Below, in pieces: positions 57,043-64,000 of a stretch of DNA of 64,000 nucleotides. Each line of letters begins with the position of its first letter. Position 1 is the stretch's first letter. The notes beneath the pieces are model-generated. The model saw nothing but the letters and a program-made list of their open reading frames with translations. It searched no databases and was not told the origin of the DNA. The DNA comes from a virus. Lineage: Duplodnaviria; Caudoviricetes. Location: the IMG/VR virus record IMGVR_UViG_3300025087_000034; one strand, given 5' to 3'. The translations under genes and the position numbers were made by a program.

Positions 57043-57744
57043 ATGGCTGTAATTATAGGAAATAGTACAACTGTAGTTAGTACCTTGTTCCCAGATGGGG
57101 GTGTGGTAAGTGTTAATTTTGGTCTACAAGCACAAATAAACAGGTTGTGGCAAATAGGTTCGTTCTCTCCTTATGATACATACTCGCAGAAACAAAAAAC
57201 ACTCTCTCTTACTTTATATGGAAAGAAAGAGGACGGGACAGGGGGAAGTACCCCAATAGATTTAACACCAGCAACCTCTTGTAGTGACGCTGAGAGTTTT
57301 GAAGTAACAATCAACCCTGCAAGTTGTGGAACTTTTATTTCCCCATTCTCGGCTTTATGGTTTCCAAATTCTTATTCATACTCAAAAGAAAATATGGGAT
57401 TTGGTCAAGAGAATTGGGGATTTACAACCAAACCAGAATTGGATTCATATACTGGGGAGATTGTTTTTATTCGTGGTATAGCTTTTGGTCAAGTTTTAAT
57501 TGGGGCAGGGATGATGACAGAGACAGACGTTGGCGTTGTTACTAATGACGCGGATAGTCGGGATAGCAACGGGGAATACATAGAAGGAGAGAGCGGGAGT
57601 GTTTCTGCTGGGGAAACTTCTGTGGGTGAGTATTCTGTGCAGAGGGAAGTAATTTTTTCTGGTGTTGGGGGTTCTGTATTAATAAAAGATGGCTACAAGG
57701 GCTCCGCTACTTGTAGTATACCCTATACACCTGTTTATATTTAA
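57043..57744 (+). CDS. Putative tail-tube-like/tail-tip protein
   Basis: 233 aa; SVNFG.....NRLWQIG...TLSLTLY resembles tube-fold proteins. Confidence 0.4.
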   Translation: MAVIIGNSTTVVSTLFPDGGVVSVNFGLQAQINRLWQIGSFSPYDTYSQKQKTLSLTLYGKKEDGTGGSTPIDLTPATSCSDAESFEVTINPASCGTFISPFSALWFPNSYSYSKENMGFGQENWGFTTKPELDSYTGEIVFIRGIAFGQVLIGAGMMTETDVGVVTNDADSRDSNGEYIEGESGSVSAGETSVGEYSVQREVIFSGVGGSVLIKDGYKGSATCSIPYTPVYI

Positions 57745-57757
57745 AGGGGGTTTAAGC

Positions 57758-58855
57758 ATGTGTAGAAAGCTTACGTACGAAGAAGTTAAAGGGACTTTTG
57801 AAGCTAGTGGTTATACCCTACTTAGTAAAGAATATATAAGTAATTGTACTAAGTTGGATTATAGATGTTCTGAGGGGCATTTTGGTTCAATGACGTACAG
57901 CAGTCTTCAACAGGGACACTCTTGTCTTATTTGTAGTATAAAGAATAAAAGACTTAGCTATAAAGATGTTAAAAAAATGTTTGAGAGTAGGGGATATGTA
58001 TTGCTTAGTAAGGAGTATATAAATAGTGGTACTAAGTTGGATTATAGGTGCCCTAGAGGCCACCTTGGGTCAATGGTTTATAATCATTTTCAGGATGGGA
58101 GAAAGTGCCCTGTTTGTGTTGGTGAGGATCGAAGGCATTTTTATGAAGAGATTAAGGTTGTTTTTGAGTCACGAGGCTATAAATTGATTAGTAGTGAATA
58201 TAAGGACAATAAAACTAAGTTAGAGTATGTGTGTCCAAAGGGGCATTTAGGATCTATGACCTTTAGTAATTTTCAACAGGGAAGGAAGTGTCCTGTTTGT
58301 TCTGTTGATAATATTAGGCTTTCTTATGAAGAGGTTAAGGAAGCTTTTGATAACAGGGGTTATACGTTACTTAGTACTGAGTATGTAAATTCTAATATTA
58401 AGTTGGATTATAAGTGTCCAAAGGGGCATTTAGGTGCTATGAAATATAATAGTTTTCAGCAGGGAAAGTCTTGTCCCATTTGTTCATTAAACTACTCTGT
58501 TTCCAAGGTTTCCCAAGTATGGCTTGATTCTTTAGGGGTGTCAAATGAAAGGGGCGTTAGTAGAGAAGTTACTTTGAAAATTGGAGAAAACAGGTTCAAA
58601 GCAGACGGTTTTGATCCAGAAACCAATACGGTTTATGAGTTTCTAGGTACTATTTGGCACGGAGACCCCAGGGTGTGTAAGCCTTTAGATATAAATTATG
58701 TCAATAAAAAGACCTTTGGTCAACTTTATCAGGAGACCTTTGACCGTATAAAATTAATAGAAGAAGCAGGATACAGAGTAATTTATATTTGGGAGTCAGA
58801 TTTTAGATCCCAAAATTTTTCTGGCGGGGAAAAAGAATTAATCCAACATGCTTAA
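57758..58855 (+). CDS. Repeat-array endonuclease: 4 x 61-aa repeats + DUF559/Vsr-like nuclease
   Basis: Probable start ATG 57758 after AAAGGGGG; KADGFDPETNTVYEFLGTIWHGDP. Confidence 0.78.
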   Translation: MCRKLTYEEVKGTFEASGYTLLSKEYISNCTKLDYRCSEGHFGSMTYSSLQQGHSCLICSIKNKRLSYKDVKKMFESRGYVLLSKEYINSGTKLDYRCPRGHLGSMVYNHFQDGRKCPVCVGEDRRHFYEEIKVVFESRGYKLISSEYKDNKTKLEYVCPKGHLGSMTFSNFQQGRKCPVCSVDNIRLSYEEVKEAFDNRGYTLLSTEYVNSNIKLDYKCPKGHLGAMKYNSFQQGKSCPICSLNYSVSKVSQVWLDSLGVSNERGVSREVTLKIGENRFKADGFDPETNTVYEFLGTIWHGDPRVCKPLDINYVNKKTFGQLYQETFDRIKLIEEAGYRVIYIWESDFRSQNFSGGEKELIQHA

Positions 58856-59258
58856 TAAATATATTTTAGAATTACATTGGTTATATACAGATTTAATAAA
58901 TGATGAAACCTGTATATTGCACCAACCCTACTTTTCAGGTCCAGCATTAAAGATAGCACAAAGAATAGAACCAAATAATAACATAGTTATAGACCTTTCA
59001 GGTCAATATAGTTCATTAATTTCTAGTCATTATTTTGTAACACTCTTTTGGAAGGAAGTTAGGTACTATGACGAGCGTGCTTATTTGGGAGACGCAAGAT
59101 TTTTCGGCGGGCTAATAAATAAGTTGTCAAAACTGACAAAGAATGATTATATATTAATTGATACTTCAAAACATGAAGAAAATAAACATATGTATAATTT
59201 AGTATATGAAGGAAGAATCTATACACAAGATAAGAAGGATAAAGTAATTAATGGTTAA
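58848..59258 (+). CDS. Hypothetical protein
   Basis: 136 aa; overlaps the upstream nuclease stop. Confidence 0.55.
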   Translation: MLNKYILELHWLYTDLINDETCILHQPYFSGPALKIAQRIEPNNNIVIDLSGQYSSLISSHYFVTLFWKEVRYYDERAYLGDARFFGGLINKLSKLTKNDYILIDTSKHEENKHMYNLVYEGRIYTQDKKDKVING

Positions 59259-59514
59259 AATTCATGGACATACTTCCAATGTTGGATACACATATAAGAG
59301 ATGTCCTTATAGTACTTGGTATAAAGAAAACTACTATGATATAGGTGAGTTAGGAAATTCAACAAATCCCAACTTACCCGTTGTAACAGGTGATCATCCT
59401 AGTACTGATGGGACGATGAACATGTACAATAGGGGTGGGGTACCTGGATGGATGTGCTGGGATGATAATTGTCCGTTTTTCTTGTTGCAGGGGGTTAGAT
59501 ATACAGAGGTTTAG
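59251..59514 (+). CDS. Small Cys-containing hypothetical protein
   Basis: 87 aa; RCPY...WMCWDDNCPF. Confidence 0.55.
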   Translation: MVKIHGHTSNVGYTYKRCPYSTWYKENYYDIGELGNSTNPNLPVVTGDHPSTDGTMNMYNRGGVPGWMCWDDNCPFFLLQGVRYTEV

Positions 59515-59529
59515 ATAAAGGAGCGTTTT

Positions 59530-60627
59530 ATGGGTAGAAAGCTTACTTATGAAAAGGTTAAAGATGTTTTTGATAATAGGGGTTATACGTTGCTTAGTAG
59601 CGAGTACGTGGATAATACAACTAAGCTAGACTATAAGTGCCCAAGGGGCCATTTAGGGTCTATGATTTATAATAGTTTTCATCAGAATCGTGGGTGTCCT
59701 ATTTGTGATATGGAGAATAGAAAACCTACTTATAGTAAGGTTAAACAGTATTTTAAGGACAGGGGCTATACGCTGTTTAGTATGGAGTATAGAAATAATA
59801 ATACTAAGTTGGAGTATAAGTGCCCTAGGGGGCATTTAGGGGCCATGACTTATCGTAATTTTCAGCAGGGGGGTAGTTGCCCTGTCTGTTCTATAGAGGA
59901 TAGAAGGCTTTCTTATGAAGAGGTTGAGCGAGCATTTGCTGACAGAAGGTATAAGCTACTCAGTACTGAGTATGTAAATTGTTTTACCAAGCTAGACTAT
60001 AGATGCCCAAGGGGACATTTGGGAGCTATGTTTTATAATTGTTTTCAGCAGGGGTGTAGTTGTCCTGTTTGTTCGGTCGAGGATAAGAGACATTCTTACG
60101 ATGAGGTTGAGCGGGCATTTGCTGACAGAGGGTATAGGCTACTCAGTACAGATTATTTAAATAGTAAAACCAAGCTAGAATATAGGTGCCCAAAAGGGCA
60201 TTTAGGGTCTATGATTTATGGTAGTTTTCAACAGAGCAGTGATTGTCCTATTTGTTCGAAGATTTCCTTCGTTTCTAAAGTGTCACAAAAATGGTTGGAT
60301 TGTTTGGGTTTGGCTAAAGAAATGGGAATTAGCAGAGAGGCTAATTTGCAGATAGGGGACCATCGTTTTAGGGTAGATGGTTTTGATTCTAAAACAAGCA
60401 CTGTTTATGAGTTTCTTGGAGACTATTGGCATGGTAATCCATCCATGTTTAAACTTGACGATATGAACGACAGGGTAGGAAAGTCTTTCGGTCAACTTTA
60501 CCAAGAAACCATTGATCGTATTAAACTATTAGAGGACGCAGGGTACAAGGTAGTTTATATATGGGAGAAAGATTTCAGAGAACAGGAACTTATGGCTGGG
60601 AAACTAACCTACACAAACATAAAATAA
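59530..60627 (+). CDS. Repeat-array endonuclease: 4 x 61-aa repeats + DUF559/Vsr-like nuclease
   Basis: Very regular repeats; RVDGFDSKTSTVYEFLGDYWHGNP; SD AAGGAG. Confidence 0.78.
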   Translation: MGRKLTYEKVKDVFDNRGYTLLSSEYVDNTTKLDYKCPRGHLGSMIYNSFHQNRGCPICDMENRKPTYSKVKQYFKDRGYTLFSMEYRNNNTKLEYKCPRGHLGAMTYRNFQQGGSCPVCSIEDRRLSYEEVERAFADRRYKLLSTEYVNCFTKLDYRCPRGHLGAMFYNCFQQGCSCPVCSVEDKRHSYDEVERAFADRGYRLLSTDYLNSKTKLEYRCPKGHLGSMIYGSFQQSSDCPICSKISFVSKVSQKWLDCLGLAKEMGISREANLQIGDHRFRVDGFDSKTSTVYEFLGDYWHGNPSMFKLDDMNDRVGKSFGQLYQETIDRIKLLEDAGYKVVYIWEKDFREQELMAGKLTYTNIK

Positions 60628-60688
60628 TAAACAGTATTGGTTTTTTTACTGTTTTAGATAATAAAAATAGTTAGGAGGGTAAAATAAA

Positions 60689-61600
60689 ATGGTTGTCAAT
60701 ATAAGTGTTTACAATTTGGAGGATTTTCCCGATACGAGTAAGACCGTATCGATAGATTTAAAGGCGGTAGTGCCCGTAGGTGCGTATGGCGATGAGCAGT
60801 TCGTGTCGCTCATCTATACGAGCGCCACAGCATCGGGCAGTGCTTCGATACAGGATGTAATAATTAGGAACTTTACTTTGGGCTGGGCCAAAAGCAATGG
60901 CATATCCCAAGGGCCATATACTATTAATGCTTCTCAGAACACTTTCCGTGTGTCCGTAAATGGTAGTGCCTATAGAACGGTTACTCTCGCTAACCAGACT
61001 TCTCCTGTTACCGGAGAAGCTGTCTCAATGGACATGCAAGATAAGATTCAAGGGCTGTCCTCTGTGGGGGGTTTAGAAGCTGGTAATCTGGCCTTCAAAA
61101 ATTGTCAGGTTACATTTGATGAGGGTAAATTTGAGATAGTTTCAGGGTCACCTAGTATGACTTATACTGGTAGTCGTAAGTCTTCTGTGGACATTCTTTC
61201 TGGTTTGACCAATGATGTAGCAGCACATTTGGGTTTATTTGCTCCTACTACGAGTGAGAACATAGCAGGCAATGCAATTTATCAAACTGCACTAAGTTTT
61301 CCTTATACGTCTTCTTCCGGTCTAACTTATGTGGACGTTTCTTCAAGTACAAACTTTCAGACAGGTGACTGTGTCGGTATTACAGACGGTACTAATATTG
61401 AATATCGATACGTGTCCTCCGTGTCCTTAGGTCTCATAAATATTAATGCTGTTTTATCTAACAATTATAGTATGAGTTCCCGTATTCAGACTTTAAGGTT
61501 ACAGGATTCCGACGCTCGTCCGCCGTCTGCTTTTGAAAGTATTGACGATGCTATACGTTACGGGATTTCAAGTATCGTCAATCAAATCGATTTTTCCTAA
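60689..61600 (+). CDS. Putative virion structural protein
   Basis: 303 aa, S/T/G-rich; SD AGGAGG. Confidence 0.5.
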   Translation: MVVNISVYNLEDFPDTSKTVSIDLKAVVPVGAYGDEQFVSLIYTSATASGSASIQDVIIRNFTLGWAKSNGISQGPYTINASQNTFRVSVNGSAYRTVTLANQTSPVTGEAVSMDMQDKIQGLSSVGGLEAGNLAFKNCQVTFDEGKFEIVSGSPSMTYTGSRKSSVDILSGLTNDVAAHLGLFAPTTSENIAGNAIYQTALSFPYTSSSGLTYVDVSSSTNFQTGDCVGITDGTNIEYRYVSSVSLGLININAVLSNNYSMSSRIQTLRLQDSDARPPSAFESIDDAIRYGISSIVNQIDFS

Positions 61601-61607
61601 TTTTTAG

Positions 61608-62150
61608 ATGGCCACTTTCTATGTAAAAAACGCCCTATTTCCTGATAATAGTCAACTGTTTATTATCGATTTGATGCAGGTTGTTACTTTAAGGGGTGAA
61701 GCCAATACTAGTTTTTGGCCGCATAGAAGAGGGGAACATTATTGGAAGTTTGTTATTTATACTAGTGGGTTGGACATAAGTGGAAATAGTTTAGGTCCGT
61801 TTTGGGTAGGTGAGATAACAGACGAAGACACTATTGACGAGCTTATTAATAACAAAGTAAAAGAGATATCTGGACTTATAGATTGGAGACGTTCACCTGT
61901 TTATGATGGATTATTGACGGCCCAAGAAGATAGGTACCCTCCTAAAATCACGTATATGTATCCTCTAAACGGGGCAGTAAACGTACCAATAAGTTCTAGA
62001 ATAGTTATCCGGCTGGTGGATTTACCACCAGCCACAGGAGTAGATTTTGGTTCTGTAACTTTGTCTGTGAATGGTTTAACTATCATACCGGAAATTACTG
62101 GAAATCCTTTTGATTGTACGGTTTCCTATAAGCCCCTGAGTGGAGCGTAG
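61608..62150 (+). CDS. Protein with C-terminal Ig-like (SbsA/Big_5-like) domain
   Basis: PPKITYMYPLNGAVNVPISSRIVIRL. Confidence 0.6.
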   Translation: MATFYVKNALFPDNSQLFIIDLMQVVTLRGEANTSFWPHRRGEHYWKFVIYTSGLDISGNSLGPFWVGEITDEDTIDELINNKVKEISGLIDWRRSPVYDGLLTAQEDRYPPKITYMYPLNGAVNVPISSRIVIRLVDLPPATGVDFGSVTLSVNGLTIIPEITGNPFDCTVSYKPLSGA

Positions 62151-62152
62151 GT

Positions 62153-63385
62153 ATGACTTACGAAAATGTTAATATGGTTTCGCCAAATATGACTGGGGAC
62201 AGGAGTAACTCTTATTTTTATTCTTTTGAGTCTATTGGTAATGCCGTTGTTTTTAAACAGTATAAAAAGAGTTCACCTTTAGACCCTATTAATGCTGTTT
62301 ATCCATTAGACCAGGATATTTACGGAACCGTAGAGTGTTGTCAATTTGATGGTTATTACTATTGGTCATTGGAAAGGCAGACTGCAGGTATTACAATAAA
62401 AAAGTGGGAATTACTATCTGGTATTATGTATTTAAGAGCTACTTATAGTTTTGGTAATGGTAGTATGTTATGGTTTGATTCTTATTCTTTCGCCGTTGAT
62501 TTTTATAGTAGTACTTTATCTTTACCAGTTTCTGCAGGGCTCTCATATATAGAAGTTTCTGATGGGAGTAAATTTCTAGCAGGAGATACAATAGTATTAG
62601 GACCAAGTTCTGTATTAGGTTATATTAATAAATATGAATCTGCTACTATAAATAGTGTAGTGGGGAATAGACTTAATTTAAGTATTGGTTTGTCTAATTC
62701 TTTCGCCGCCGGAAATTTTGTTTATGCTAATAGGTATTTCTATATATTTAATGAGCACGCGCCATATGAGAGAAACAAGGGCTGTCTATTAAAGTATAAG
62801 AGTAGAACGGGTGTTTTGACGGACTATGCCCCTTCTGGAATGTTTAAAGATGTTAGAGCTTCGTGTTTTATAAACGATAAAATATTGTTTATACAAGGTA
62901 ATTCTGGTATATATTTGAACTCTGGTGATTTAGGTATTTATAGGTATATGGCTGTTGATAATTTAGATTATGGTAGAACGAATACACTTACCACGTATGC
63001 TCTTTGGGCTTATTCAAATGCTGTGTATAGTCTTCGTTCACGTTATGTTTTTTATTCTGGTGGGGTTTGGAACTATGAAGATTGGTTTCCTAAATATAAC
63101 TATGTTACTAGCTCAACTGACCCCACTGTGTTTTTTATAAATGTTGTTGCTGAACCGAACATGATTCATTCTGTAGTTGCGGGTCTGTCCCCAACTTCTA
63201 ATATAAAGATTTCTGTATTAGATCAATATTTGTCTCCTGCTGTAGGAAAAACAGTTTCTTTGTCTTCGTCAAGTGGGAGTTTTTCTTCGTCTGTTGGTCT
63301 TACAAATACAAACGGGGAATTTTTTACTACATTTAATGGTTCCTCATATATTGGGGATGTTACTATAAGAGCTACGGTTACTTAG
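62153..63385 (+). CDS. Virion accessory protein with C-terminal invasin-type Ig-like (Big_1-like) domain
   Basis: C-terminal KISVLDQY.SPAVGKTVSLSSSSG........TN.NGEF.TTF. Confidence 0.55.
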   Translation: MTYENVNMVSPNMTGDRSNSYFYSFESIGNAVVFKQYKKSSPLDPINAVYPLDQDIYGTVECCQFDGYYYWSLERQTAGITIKKWELLSGIMYLRATYSFGNGSMLWFDSYSFAVDFYSSTLSLPVSAGLSYIEVSDGSKFLAGDTIVLGPSSVLGYINKYESATINSVVGNRLNLSIGLSNSFAAGNFVYANRYFYIFNEHAPYERNKGCLLKYKSRTGVLTDYAPSGMFKDVRASCFINDKILFIQGNSGIYLNSGDLGIYRYMAVDNLDYGRTNTLTTYALWAYSNAVYSLRSRYVFYSGGVWNYEDWFPKYNYVTSSTDPTVFFINVVAEPNMIHSVVAGLSPTSNIKISVLDQYLSPAVGKTVSLSSSSGSFSSSVGLTNTNGEFFTTFNGSSYIGDVTIRATVT

Positions 63386-63395
63386 AGGAAAAATA

Positions 63396-64000
63396 ATGTC
63401 CAGACAGAACATTCGAATAGCAGACCCGAATATGACTACTGATGGAATGTTTTTTTATACTATGTCTTATTCGCGAAATGCTTTACAGGTAAAAGTAGAG
63501 GATGGTACAACTGCGTTTTCTTATCCGTGTGATACACCATTAGACGCAACGGTTAATAGTCTTGAGTGGGACGGTGTGTATTTTTGGTCGTTAGAGAGCA
63601 AGCCTGGCGGTGGGGGTTTGTATATAAAGAAGTGGGCTATAGATGCATTTATATGTAAGCAAATAAGTAAATTTGCCCTTACAAATGATGCCACACATAC
63701 ATATGATGCAAATGATTTTGCTGTGGGGTCTTATTGTCTGTCTGTCGGTAATAACGGTCTTGATGGTATAAACCCACCTTTTACGTACGGTTTAAGTAAC
63801 GTTAAAGTTAGTAGCAACAGTGTGTTCGGCTCAGGGGATGTGGTTTCTTTTGTTAGGCGTAATACCCCCACTTCTCAAAGGTATTCTTCTACTCTTTCAG
63901 AGCATATGGTTGTGAGTACTGTTGACGGGGACGGTGTTACGTTGCATTTAACAGGAGCGATGTCGGAGGGTGTATATTCTGACGTTGGGGGGTTTAGGGG
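63396..64000 (+). CDS. Paralogue of 62153-63385 (3' truncated by window edge)
   Basis: Manual translation MSRQNIRIADPNMTTDGMFFY...LEWDGVYFWSLE...IKKW, open to the end of the window; SD GAGG. Not in the ORF track. Confidence 0.7.
   Translation, partial: MSRQNIRIADPNMTTDGMFFYTMSYSRNALQVKVEDGTTAFSYPCDTPLDATVNSLEWDGVYFWSLESKPGGGGLYIKKWAIDAFICKQISKFALTNDATHTYDANDFAVGSYCLSVGNNGLDGINPPFTYGLSNVKVSSNSVFGSGDVVSFVRRNTPTSQRYSSTLSEHMVVSTVDGDGVTLHLTGAMSEGVYSDVGGFR

Noticed and set aside
926-60627. Nuclease genes as group I intron- or intein-encoded
   Set aside because: They abut or overlap complete neighbouring ORFs with no space for an intron core; TerL, portal and capsid have ordinary lengths with no intein motifs.
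1-64000. Stop-codon reassignment as in some large phages
   Set aside because: Standard-code ORFs tile the + strand densely; TAA and TAG end genes at sensible boundaries; no suppressor tRNA seen.

Overview
The whole 64 kb is the virion morphogenesis region of a large tailed dsDNA bacteriophage (Caudoviricetes). Every credible gene is on the + strand, uses the standard code and mostly has Shine-Dalgarno sites. Order: partial NusG-family KOW gene, putative TerS, TerL, portal, prohead protease, scaffold, decoration protein, major capsid protein, a ~14 kb cassette of large beta-rich accessory virion proteins, head-tail joining genes, major tail protein, two paralogous tail-chaperone-like genes, a 3587-aa tape measure protein, then tail-tip and Ig-domain genes. 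I recognised no tail sheath, so it is probably a long-tailed siphovirus-type phage. The head gene order resembles SPbeta-like phages (from recall, not a search). The outstanding feature is 11 free-standing endonuclease-like genes (~13.4 kb, ~21% of the window) between the structural genes. Nine are tandem repeat arrays (two repeat types) fused to one of two PD-(D/E)xK-type nuclease domains. They show DNA-level sub-domain swapping between paralogues and hypervariable polar residue pairs at a fixed repeat position, suggesting a natural modular zinc-finger-nuclease-like family. Other unexplained signals: a recurrent T-tract/CG-core/A-tract motif (over 20 copies), twin hairpins with shared flanks after the capsid and tail genes, a His-rich insert in the protease, and a cargo-like insert in the tape measure protein. 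No tRNA, rRNA, CRISPR array, intron, intein or integrase was seen. All family assignments come from motif recognition by eye; no database searches were run.
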